NCBI GenBank assembly: GCA_039931955.1 | Contig: JBDTQY010000055.1 | Location: forward strand, 1 to 25,814 | DNA from: Chloroflexota bacterium | GTDB lineage: Bacteria; Chloroflexota; Limnocylindria; Limnocylindrales; CSP1-4 | Direction: 5' to 3' | DNA: 25,814 nt | Shown: positions 9,726-17,250 of the stretch, piece after piece | Layout of the letters: each line of letters opens with the position of its first letter | Position numbering within the stretch: position 1 is the stretch's first letter | Notes under the pieces: generated by a model | Databases searched by the model: none | Told to the model about the DNA's origin: nothing | What the model saw: the letters and a program-made list of their open reading frames with translations, nothing else | Position numbers and translations under genes: made by a program

Positions 9726-9824
9726 CTAGCGGCCGAGGTTCAGGTTGGCGCTCACCGAACGGACGATCAGCCAGATCTCGCCGATCGAGATGACGACAAG
9801 TGCGATGCCGATGGCCATTTCCAC
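9726..9824 (-). CDS. Small single-TM protein, 32 aa: MEMAIGIALVVISIGEIWLIVRSVSANLNLGR
   Basis: Not in the ORF track. GGAGGAG lies 7 nt before GTG 9824; stop TAG at 9728-9726; one hydrophobic helix. Confidence 0.6.
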   Translation of the reverse strand: MEMAIGIALVVISIGEIWLIVRSVSANLNLGR

Positions 9825-9918
9825 GGGGCGGCTCCTCCAGCGAATTCGGGCCGGTCATCCGGCGCTGCGCTGCATCATGGGCTTCTGAGCCGACCGCCGC
9901 AACGTGAATTCGCACGCC

Positions 9919-11670
9919 TCAGCGACTGGACCGGTCGTCCAGGCGCGGGACCAGGCCGATGAGTTCGGCGGTCGTCTCCACGGGACGAAATCGCAATCTC
10001 TCGAGCAGCGCGAAGACTCCGTCCCGATCCTCGTGGCACAGGAGCACCACGATCCGGGCGGCGTCGGGTCGGGCACCGTCGGTGGCGCCCGCGCCGTTCA
10101 ATTCGGCGCCCAGTGCGACAGCCTCGGACTCGTAGACCGGAATGTCCTCGGTCCATCCACCGGCCATGGCGCCCGCCCGAAGTTCGCCCACGACCGACTC
10201 GCGTGACCGCCCGCGCAGGTAGCGCTGGGTCTCCTTGATGGCGATCCGCTGCGCTCTGACGGCCGCGATCTGTCCGAGGCCCCGCAGGGTGTCATCCGGC
10301 CGATCGCCGGCCGTGCCGATGACCACCGTGATGGGCGTGACCCTGCCTCCTGCTCCACCGGCGATCCCCTCGGCAAGGTCCATCAGGACACTGAGGCCCG
10401 CTTCGTTGTGGGCGAAATCGATGATCGCTACCCGGTTCCCGTTACGGAAGACGTTGGTTCGACCCGGAGATTCGGTGGATGTGGGCCGGAAAGCCAGGAG
10501 GCCCGTCCTGGCCTCGTCGATGGTCACCCCGAGCGCGCGCGCCCCTGCAGTCGCGGCCAGCGCGTTGGCGATGTTGTGGCGGGCGAGACCAGCCATCGTG
10601 ATCGGGATATCCCGGACCGCTGCGATCGGGGTCCAGGTCGTGCCCTCCGCCTCGCCCAGATCCCCCCGTCGGACCAGGTAGGCACGACCCCCAGCGGCCA
10701 GATGGCGACGCACCGGGCCCGAATCGGAACCGCGGAGGGTGAACAATGCGACCCGACTTCGAACGGTTCGGCTTACCGCCCGGACGAGCGGGTCATCGGC
10801 GTTCAGGATCACCCAGCCATCCGGCTTGGTAATCCGGCAGATGGTGGCCTTGACCTCGGCCAGCTCCGGCAGCGTGTGGATTCCTTGGAGATCCAGATGG
10901 TCGGAGGTGACGTTCGTCAGGATGCTCGCGTCGTTCGATTCGTAGCCCACCCCGCGGAGGACCATCCCGCCGCGTGCGGTCTCCAGGACGGCGACATCGA
11001 CGTCCCCCCGGCGCAGGATCTCGTGCGCGCCGCCGGGACCCGTCCAGTCGCCTTCGTCCACCATCCGTTCGTCGACCAGGACGCCGTCCGAGGTCGTCGT
11101 TCCAACATGCCGTCCCGCCTGCAGCAGGATCCGGGTCAGGAGGCGCGTCGTGGTGGACTTGCCGTTAGTGCCCGAGATGGAAATGATGGGGATGTGTCGG
11201 TCAGCGTCCCGGATCCACGGGGGAGGGGTGGTGCTCGCCCCGCGGATTCGCTCCGACCATGCGTCGAGGAGCCGTTGCTGGGAGCCCGTCAGGCGCGCCC
11301 GGTGCGCTGGCGTCGCGGCCCGATCGACGAGGGCGACCGATGCCTCGGCGATGAGACGGGCCCGCTCGGCACCGGCCCATGGCCACGTGACGATCCAGTG
11401 GCCAGGGTCCGATGAGCGGTGGGCCCGGATGCCCCCAATGCCCTCGCCGTGCTCCGCGCGCAGTCTTCGCGCCCAGCCTGTGAGCGTCAGGACCGGCTCC
11501 GGCCAGAGTCGCCGTGGAACGCTGGCGCCGAGGCGGACGAGCGAGTGGCGACCCGGATCGCGCTGCCCGTACCAGGAGCGGCGCCTTCCGACGGCGACCT
11601 CAACCTTGACCACCGGCTCGAGCCGGTAGACGTTGGGTCCCTCGAGCAGGCGGATCTCGATCAATCGCAC
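9919..11670 (-). CDS. CphA-derived protein: degenerate N domain + Mur-ligase-like M domain, no ATP-grasp domain (583 aa)
   Basis: N-terminus RLIEIRLLEGPNVYRLEPVVKVEV aligns with CphA RILETRILRGPNFWSRSPVVRMLV. M-domain motifs SGTNGKSTT, LETARGG, TNVTSDHL, LNADD, NIANALAA, PGRTN, DFAHN, AGDRPD and YLRGR. The 797-aa ORF-track call is over-extended upstream. Confidence 0.88.
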   Translation of the reverse strand: MRLIEIRLLEGPNVYRLEPVVKVEVAVGRRRSWYGQRDPGRHSLVRLGASVPRRLWPEPVLTLTGWARRLRAEHGEGIGGIRAHRSSDPGHWIVTWPWAGAERARLIAEASVALVDRAATPAHRARLTGSQQRLLDAWSERIRGASTTPPPWIRDADRHIPIISISGTNGKSTTTRLLTRILLQAGRHVGTTTSDGVLVDERMVDEGDWTGPGGAHEILRRGDVDVAVLETARGGMVLRGVGYESNDASILTNVTSDHLDLQGIHTLPELAEVKATICRITKPDGWVILNADDPLVRAVSRTVRSRVALFTLRGSDSGPVRRHLAAGGRAYLVRRGDLGEAEGTTWTPIAAVRDIPITMAGLARHNIANALAATAGARALGVTIDEARTGLLAFRPTSTESPGRTNVFRNGNRVAIIDFAHNEAGLSVLMDLAEGIAGGAGGRVTPITVVIGTAGDRPDDTLRGLGQIAAVRAQRIAIKETQRYLRGRSRESVVGELRAGAMAGGWTEDIPVYESEAVALGAELNGAGATDGARPDAARIVVLLCHEDRDGVFALLERLRFRPVETTAELIGLVPRLDDRSSR

Positions 11671-11679
11671 GGTCCGTGG

Positions 11680-11685
11680 AGGATA
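11680..11685 (-). promoter_or_regulatory. Putative extended -10 (TGt-TATCCT) of the CphA-like gene
   Basis: Minus strand reads ttgt-TATCCT-9 nt-GTG; no SD. Confidence 0.5.
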
Positions 11686-11765
11686 ACAACGCCCCCGGGG
11701 ATGGCGAAGGGCGTTTGCGCGCAGTGGCTCAGCGGGTCGGCGGGCAGCCTCGGCCAAGGGGCGCC

Positions 11766-11771
11766 TACACT
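11766..11771 (+). promoter_or_regulatory. Putative -10 TACACT of the M20 peptidase gene (leaderless)
   Basis: TACACT-cagcgaa-ATG, 7 nt spacing. Confidence 0.55.
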
Positions 11772-11778
11772 CAGCGAA

Positions 11779-13032
11779 ATGGAGACCATGACCGACCCCG
11801 GCGGCACTGTGACCCCCGACGAGCTGTCGCGCCTGGAGCAGGCCGTGACTGTCTCGATGCCCCGCTTCCTCGACGAACTGGAGAGACTCTGCAACGTTGA
11901 CTGCGGGAGCTACTCTCCGGCCGGTGTGAACCTGGTGGCGGCCTGGGTCGCAGCCAGGTTCGAGCAGCTCGGCGGGACCGTGGAGCGCCGCCCGGACCCA
12001 TCCGGGTCGTACGGCGACACGATCATCGGAACCTTTCACGGCGGCGCGCCCAGCGGACCCCGGATCCTCCTGATCGGTCATATGGACACGGTCTTTCCCG
12101 ACGGGACGGCCGCACTTCGTCCATTCCGCATCGATGACGGGATCGCCAGGGGTCCGGGAGTGACCGACATGAAGGGCGGCCTCCTGGCGGGGATCCATGC
12201 CCTCGAGGCGATCCGGCAGATCGGCGGCAGCTGGTCGGGTCTCCCGTTCGAGCGGATCGTCTACGTGGCCAATCCCGATGAGGAGATCGGATCGCCCAGC
12301 TCGACGCCCCACATTCGCGAGATCGCTGCCGATTCCGATGTGGCTTTCGTGCTTGAGTGTGCCCGAGCCAACGGGGATTTCGTCTCTTCACGGAAGGGTA
12401 TCGCCGACCTCAGGTTGACGATCCACGGACGAGCCGCCCACGCCGGGGTGGAGCCGGAGCAGGGGAGGAACGCCATCGTCGCGGGAGCACGCATGGTGGA
12501 GCGCATCCAGGCCCTCAACGGACGCTGGCCGGGCGTGACCGCCAACGTCGGCGTCTTCCAGTCCGGAACGAGACCCAACGTCATTCCGGACCTCGCCCAT
12601 CTCGAGGTCGACGTCCGGGGCGTCGTCCGTGATGCCCTCGAGGCGGCCGTGGCCGCGGTCCACGAGATTGCCGCCGATCCGGGCGTTCCAGACGTCACAG
12701 TGGAGGTCGAGCAGATCGCGGGCTGGCTGCCCATGGAGAAGCTCGAACGATCGGGCCGTTTATCGGACCACGTCATGGGCATCGCCCAACGCCTCGGTTT
12801 CATGACGACGGACGTGGGCACCGGCGGCGCGTCGGACGCAAACACGACGTCGGGGATGGGCGTGCCCTCGATCGATGGCCTGGGCCCTGTAGGCGGGCGC
12901 GACCACTCACCGGACGAGTACCTCGAAGTCGATTCAATCGGTCCGCGGACCACACTCCTGGCTGCGCTGCTTCTCGCCGTCGGTCGAGACCCTGAGGTCG
13001 CTGCCTGGAGGTCGGATCCGCGGCGTCCCTGA
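11779..13032 (+). CDS. M20 family metallopeptidase, carboxypeptidase G2-like
   Basis: GHMDTV, GPGVTDMKGG, DEEIGS, GRAAHAG, GGASDAN and DGLGPVGGRDHSPDEY motifs. Start 11779 or 11788. Confidence 0.92.
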   Translation: METMTDPGGTVTPDELSRLEQAVTVSMPRFLDELERLCNVDCGSYSPAGVNLVAAWVAARFEQLGGTVERRPDPSGSYGDTIIGTFHGGAPSGPRILLIGHMDTVFPDGTAALRPFRIDDGIARGPGVTDMKGGLLAGIHALEAIRQIGGSWSGLPFERIVYVANPDEEIGSPSSTPHIREIAADSDVAFVLECARANGDFVSSRKGIADLRLTIHGRAAHAGVEPEQGRNAIVAGARMVERIQALNGRWPGVTANVGVFQSGTRPNVIPDLAHLEVDVRGVVRDALEAAVAAVHEIAADPGVPDVTVEVEQIAGWLPMEKLERSGRLSDHVMGIAQRLGFMTTDVGTGGASDANTTSGMGVPSIDGLGPVGGRDHSPDEYLEVDSIGPRTTLLAALLLAVGRDPEVAAWRSDPRRP

Positions 13033-13035
13033 CAG

Positions 13036-13075
13036 CGTCCCTCATCGTCCGCTCGTTGCGGGTGGGATGGGGACG
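13036..13075. terminator. GC-rich hairpin between the convergent M20 and azlD genes (possible bidirectional terminator)
   Basis: cgtccc/gggacg, catc/gatg and ccgc/gcgg stems; no U-tract. Confidence 0.35.
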
Positions 13076-13104
13076 GAGGTCGCCCGATCCTGAGGGTCCA
13101 GGGG

Positions 13105-13437
13105 TCAGGCCAGGCCCAGCGCGCGAGCCAGCGCCGCAAGACCCGCGGCAGCGACGAGACCGAGCAGGAGCCCGCGTCGTGCGGCCACGATCAGGACGCA
13201 CAGGGCGATTGCTGGCCACTCGATACCGACGTGCAGGGAGGGGTGGCGGGTCGAATCGATCGCGACCATGGCGTTGACGGCAGCCAGCGCCGCCAGCACT
13301 GCGGGGCCGACGAGGCGCAGATACTCCTGGGCCGCTCGCGGCAGCCGATGAACGGCAGGCACGAGGAGCGGCACGGCGCGCCACGGGTAGGTGGCAGCGG
13401 CCATCAGGACCGCGAGCCAGACGAGCTGCGTGCTCAT
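13105..13437 (-). CDS. azlD: AzlD-family branched-chain amino acid transport protein, 110 aa
   Basis: MSTQLVWLAVLMAAATYPWRAVP...YLRLVGPAVLAAL pattern; ATGA overlap with the azlC stop. Confidence 0.82.
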   Translation of the reverse strand: MSTQLVWLAVLMAAATYPWRAVPLLVPAVHRLPRAAQEYLRLVGPAVLAALAAVNAMVAIDSTRHPSLHVGIEWPAIALCVLIVAARRGLLLGLVAAAGLAALARALGLA

Positions 13438-14195
13438 CCGGGGACAGTCCCGTCCGACTCTCCGGGCGGCGTCGGTCCGAACACGATGAACGCCTCGGGA
13501 GGGTCCTCGCGCGGCCTTCGCGGCGTGGCCAAACCGACCACGGGCCCCAGCAGGCCGCCGGCGAGGATGCCCGCGGCCGGGTCCCAGGCTAGGCCGACGG
13601 CGACGCCGGAGATCGCCCCAGCCAGGGCTGCCGTCAACTCCCGGCGGCCGGTGACGAGGCCAACGGCGAGGCCTGCCATTGCGGCCGGAAAGATCACATC
13701 GAGCCCGAACCTCGAGGGGTCCGGGATCTGGCCGCCGATCAACACGCCGGCCAGCGTGGCCAGGTTCCAGGGAATGAAGACCGTGACGATGGCGGCCCAC
13801 CAGTAGCCGGGCAGGTCAGCCCGCCCGATCCGCCGAAAGTGGGCGATTGACAGGGCAAACGACTCGTCGGTCAGCACGTGAGCAAGGGCCGCGCGCAGCA
13901 ACCGCGGCTGGTCCACGAGGTACGGTGCCAGCGCCGCGCTGTACAGGGCGTGGCGGGCATTGAGGAATGCCGTGAGCAGCACGACGCCAAGCCAGGAGAA
14001 GCCTCCCAGCACGAAGCCGATCGCCGCGAATTGCGACGCACCCGCGAAAACGATGACGGACATGGAACTGGCCTCGATCGGCGAGAACCCGGCGGCGCGG
14101 GCGGCAAGCCCATAGACGAAGCCAGCGCCACTGGTTGAGGCGATGATCCCGAGCCCATCGATCCTCAGTCGCCGCCTCGAAGCGTCGACATCCAT
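13434..14195 (-). CDS. azlC: AzlC-family branched-chain amino acid permease/exporter
   Basis: SVIVFAGASQF, FLNARHALYS, HVLTDESFA and GLDVIFPA motifs. Start uncertain (14195, 14231 or 14258). Confidence 0.9.
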   Translation of the reverse strand: MDVDASRRRLRIDGLGIIASTSGAGFVYGLAARAAGFSPIEASSMSVIVFAGASQFAAIGFVLGGFSWLGVVLLTAFLNARHALYSAALAPYLVDQPRLLRAALAHVLTDESFALSIAHFRRIGRADLPGYWWAAIVTVFIPWNLATLAGVLIGGQIPDPSRFGLDVIFPAAMAGLAVGLVTGRRELTAALAGAISGVAVGLAWDPAAGILAGGLLGPVVGLATPRRPREDPPEAFIVFGPTPPGESDGTVPG

Positions 14196-14295
14196 GGGGA
14201 CGGACCGTTGCCGCCCACTGCTCTCAGTCATCGACGGGATCCTGCATTCCGGAGTCATTCGTCACGCCGCAAGCGCCCAATGTCCGACGGCCGGC

Positions 14296-14400
14296 GCCCC
14301 GAAGGATCAGCCCTGGAACGATCAGCCCTGGAACGATCAGCCCCGGAACGGTCAGCCTCCGAACGAGCAGTGCCCCGAACGGCCAGCCTCGAACCGTCAG
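14296..14400. repeat. Degenerate tandem repeat, 7 x about 15 bp, consensus ccc(c/t)ggaacgatcag
   Basis: Units: gccccgaaggatcag / ccctggaacgatcag / ccctggaacgatcag / ccccggaacggtcag / cctccgaacgagcag / tgccccgaacggccag / cctcgaaccgtcag. Confidence 0.9.
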
Positions 14401-14669
14401 CGGAGAAACGTCCTTGCGCACGTGCCATCACACACCACGTAGACGGCATGCAGGTCGCGCGCGTAGCCGGCCGAATGGAGAAGGCCACGGCACCCCGCGG
14501 TCGGACACTTCCAGACCCACGCCCGCTCGATGGCGTCGAAGGGGGTCGTCTCGGCGGCCAGAGTTGCCGCGAGCGACTCGCGCGCCTCGATGAGCCTGGC
14601 GATCACGGCCGCACGTTCGGCTTCGGATTCGCTGGTGTACGGGTAACTCTGGCCGACGTTCGAGGTCAC
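14397..14669 (-). CDS. Small hypothetical protein, 90 aa, with a C-x4-C...C-x3-C putative zinc site
   Basis: GGAGG 5 nt before GTG; an N-terminal amphipathic helix is followed by WKCPTAGC...H...H...VCDGTC; candidate -10 CATACT at 14710-14705. Confidence 0.8.
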   Translation of the reverse strand: MTSNVGQSYPYTSESEAERAAVIARLIEARESLAATLAAETTPFDAIERAWVWKCPTAGCRGLLHSAGYARDLHAVYVVCDGTCARTFLR

Positions 14670-14782
14670 GGGATCCTCCGCGGGTGGTCCGATCTGGAGG
14701 TCGAGTATGGCATAGGGACCACGTCCCTCAGGCGCATCTGACCGAGCCGCGACACCAACGCGTCAGCGCGCCGCGCGGTGGA

Positions 14783-16081
14783 TCAGTCGTTCGTTCCAAG
14801 CACGGACGGGACACCCGGTCCGAGGTAGTGCTCGACGTTCCGGAGCTTGGCCAGCGGGATGAGCGCAACCAGCAGCAGACCAGCGGTCGCGAGGAGCAGC
14901 CCGTCCATGCCGAGCCCGTCGGCCACGACGCCACCGATGAGGCTCCCGGCAATCTGCCCGATGGCAAGGAAGACGGAATAGAGGCCCATGATCGCGCCGC
15001 GGTCCGTGGGGAACCGCTCGCTCACGTCAGCCAGAAGCCCAACAGCCGCCGGCGTGGCCCCGGCGAGCACGAACAGGCCGACCCCGAAGCCGACCGCCGC
15101 CGCCCCGACGAAGATCGCAGCTGGCAGCGATCCCGCTGCGCTGAACCCGGCGTGGTTGACGATGAGGCCCGCAGCCACCAGTCCGAGCCCGCCTATCACC
15201 CCGAACAGGATGATGGTGGTCCGTCGAAACGCATCGAACCGGTTGCCCCACCACAGGATTCCGGACCCGAAGACGATCGCGATCACGATGGCAGCGAGCG
15301 TGATCTGCAGCGCAGAGAAACCCTGCAGCAACCACTGATCCGGAAAGGCCGGGTTCGTCTTCGAGAACTGGAAGAGCGACTGGCTGAACCACAATCCGAT
15401 GGAGGCGTTCACCGCGATCCAGGTCGGAGCCAGGAGCAGCACGTGCGAGTGGCTGATCAGGGCTACATACCTGCCGATCCCGGACTGGCCCGCAGAGACT
15501 GACGGCGCCGGATGGTCCCGGTCTTCGACCCCGAACCAGTAGATCGCGAGCGACCCCACGTAGAACACCGCGTTAAGGAGAAAGGCCGTCGATCCGATCG
15601 CCTCGAAGAGCAGGGGTGCGACGATGAATCCGGCGCCGAGCCCGGCCAGCGTGGCACCCTCGAACCTGGCGGAGGCCTTGCCCCGAAGGGTCTCACTTCC
15701 GGCCGTGGCCAGGGCGATGAAGCCGAGGATGGACGGCACCGAAGCGGCGGTCGATGCGCCCTCCAGGATGCGCGTCCCGCCGAGCAGGCCGATGTTGGTC
15801 GTGAAGGCGGTGATGACCACGGCGACGATCCCGAAGACCGGGCCGTAGAGCATCACGCGGTGATGCCCGAATCGGTCGGCCAGGACGCCGAAAATCGGGG
15901 AGAGCACCAGCTCGGCGACGAAGAACGTCGCCGCCAGCGCCCCGACGACCTTCGCGTCGACGCCGCTCTGTCCTGCCTTGGCGAGGTCGGCCAGATAGAA
16001 CGCCAGCATGGCGCCCGTGAGTCCGGTACTGAACCGGAGGGTGAAGGTCCCGAGTAGCACGGCCCGCAGGGATCGATCCAT
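14783..16081 (-). CDS. MFS transporter
   Basis: About 12 TM segments; FGVLADRFGHHRV, GGTRILEGAS and DRGAIMGLYS motifs. Confidence 0.9.
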   Translation of the reverse strand: MDRSLRAVLLGTFTLRFSTGLTGAMLAFYLADLAKAGQSGVDAKVVGALAATFFVAELVLSPIFGVLADRFGHHRVMLYGPVFGIVAVVITAFTTNIGLLGGTRILEGASTAASVPSILGFIALATAGSETLRGKASARFEGATLAGLGAGFIVAPLLFEAIGSTAFLLNAVFYVGSLAIYWFGVEDRDHPAPSVSAGQSGIGRYVALISHSHVLLLAPTWIAVNASIGLWFSQSLFQFSKTNPAFPDQWLLQGFSALQITLAAIVIAIVFGSGILWWGNRFDAFRRTTIILFGVIGGLGLVAAGLIVNHAGFSAAGSLPAAIFVGAAAVGFGVGLFVLAGATPAAVGLLADVSERFPTDRGAIMGLYSVFLAIGQIAGSLIGGVVADGLGMDGLLLATAGLLLVALIPLAKLRNVEHYLGPGVPSVLGTND

Positions 16082-16088
16082 CCGACGA

Positions 16089-16094
16089 AGGGTA
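16089..16094 (-). promoter_or_regulatory. Putative -10 TACCCT of the MFS gene (leaderless)
   Basis: Minus strand TACCCT-tcgtcgg-ATG, 7 nt spacing. Confidence 0.5.
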
Positions 16095-16164
16095 GCGGGC
16101 CCACCCGGCCCGCGCGCGACCCGGGCGTCGAGCGATTCTCATAGGCAGCGGCCGCCGGGACCCG

Positions 16165-16170
16165 TATCAT
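16165..16170 (+). promoter_or_regulatory. Putative -10 TATCAT of the degV gene
   Basis: Hexamer about 55 nt upstream of the SD-led GTG 16225. Confidence 0.45.
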
Positions 16171-16224
16171 CCCCGGGAGCAACGTACGCCCTTCGATCCG
16201 GTGGGCATCATGAGAGGAGCGCCA

Positions 16225-17079
16225 GTGAGCCACGTCGCCATCGTCACGGATTCAGCGTCCGATCTGGATCCTGCCCATGCGACCTCCCTCGGGATTTCCG
16301 TCGTGCCGCTCTCGGTGACGTTCGGAAAGGAGAGCTTCAGGGCCGGCGTTGAGCTCAGTACCACGGAGTTCTGGGCTCGGATGACGGCGCCAGCCGCCCC
16401 GTTTCCGACCACCGCGGCCTGTGCCCCCGGTGACTTCCTGACCGCCTACCAGGCCGCCTTCGACGCCGGAGCCCCTTCCATCGTCTCCATTCACGTGGCC
16501 GGGACCCTGTCCGGGACGATCAAGAGCGCCGAGGTCGCCAGGGGCATGATGCCGGACCGCGAGATCCACATCATCGACACCCTTGGAGCCTCGATGTGCG
16601 AGGGCCTCCTGGCCGAGGTCGCGATCGAGATGGCCGTCGCAGGCGCGGACGGCGCTGACATCGCTCGCGCCATCGAGGGCCGGCGCGCGGATGTCGTCAT
16701 GCTGGTCGCGCTCGACACGCTCGAATACCTCAAGCGTGGCGGGCGGATCAGCGGCGCGCAGGCTGCCATTGGGACGCTGCTCTCGATGAAGCCGATCATC
16801 GAGGTCAAGGACGGCAAGGTCGAGACGCGCGACAAGGTCCGAACCCGGGGCAAGGCTCGCGAGCGGCTCATCGACCTGGTCGCGGTCCGGCCGATGGAAC
16901 GCCTTTCGGTCCTGCACACCACGGGTGCCGACGTCGAAGTCTTCCGCGACGCTCTCGTGGCACGGGTGCCGGGTGGGATAGCCCCCGATCGCGTGACGGT
17001 CGACCTGGTGGGCCCCTCCGTGGGTCCGCACCTGGGACCCGGATGCGTCGGAGCGGTTGCGCTGTACCGGGCCGAATAG
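16225..17079 (+). CDS. DegV family fatty-acid-binding protein
   Basis: AIVTDSASDL, FPTTAA, IHVAGTLSGT, IIDT, LKRGGRI and VGPHLGPG motifs; GAGAGGAG SD before GTG. Confidence 0.94.
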   Translation: MSHVAIVTDSASDLDPAHATSLGISVVPLSVTFGKESFRAGVELSTTEFWARMTAPAAPFPTTAACAPGDFLTAYQAAFDAGAPSIVSIHVAGTLSGTIKSAEVARGMMPDREIHIIDTLGASMCEGLLAEVAIEMAVAGADGADIARAIEGRRADVVMLVALDTLEYLKRGGRISGAQAAIGTLLSMKPIIEVKDGKVETRDKVRTRGKARERLIDLVAVRPMERLSVLHTTGADVEVFRDALVARVPGGIAPDRVTVDLVGPSVGPHLGPGCVGAVALYRAE

Positions 17080-17150
17080 CCCCTTTACCGAAGGTTGTGG
17101 CACGGTTACATCCGGGATTCCGGACGGTGTCAGCGCGCGGTATTGACGGC

Positions 17151-17156
17151 TATACT
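17151..17156 (+). promoter_or_regulatory. Putative -10 TATACT of gdh
   Basis: Near-consensus hexamer; TGTCAG 17 bp upstream could act as -35. Confidence 0.55.
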
Positions 17157-17250
17157 CTGATCGCATTCCGCGCGTGAAGCGTCCCGCCTGTCGGGCCCGC
17201 GTCGCGCACCGTGGGGTCGTCCGGGAGACGGCTCAGCATCGAGGCGGCGG

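Noticed and set aside
9919-11670. Pseudogene or frameshift explanation for the missing ATP-grasp domain
   Set aside because: The frame is continuous, all M-domain motifs are intact, the sequence is well diverged from the neighbouring cphA, and no G-domain remnant was noticed in the other listed frames.
11671-12312. 214-aa N-terminal extension of the CphA paralog, which might have supplied the missing domain
   Set aside because: It is antisense to the M20 peptidase and shows no ATP-grasp motifs; CphA homology starts at 11670.
14296-14400. CRISPR array interpretation of the 15-bp repeats
   Set aside because: The units are contiguous with no unique spacers, are too short, and no cas genes are present.
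17095-17112. Rex, CRP or NtcA box upstream of gdh (TTGTGGCACGGTTACATC)
   Set aside because: The half-site spacing does not fit any of the three consensus palindromes.
10408-17166. ORFs 10408..11415 (+), 12261..13139 (-), 14684..15502 (+) and 16252..17166 (-)
   Set aside because: Each lies opposite a well-supported gene and has shadow-type composition.
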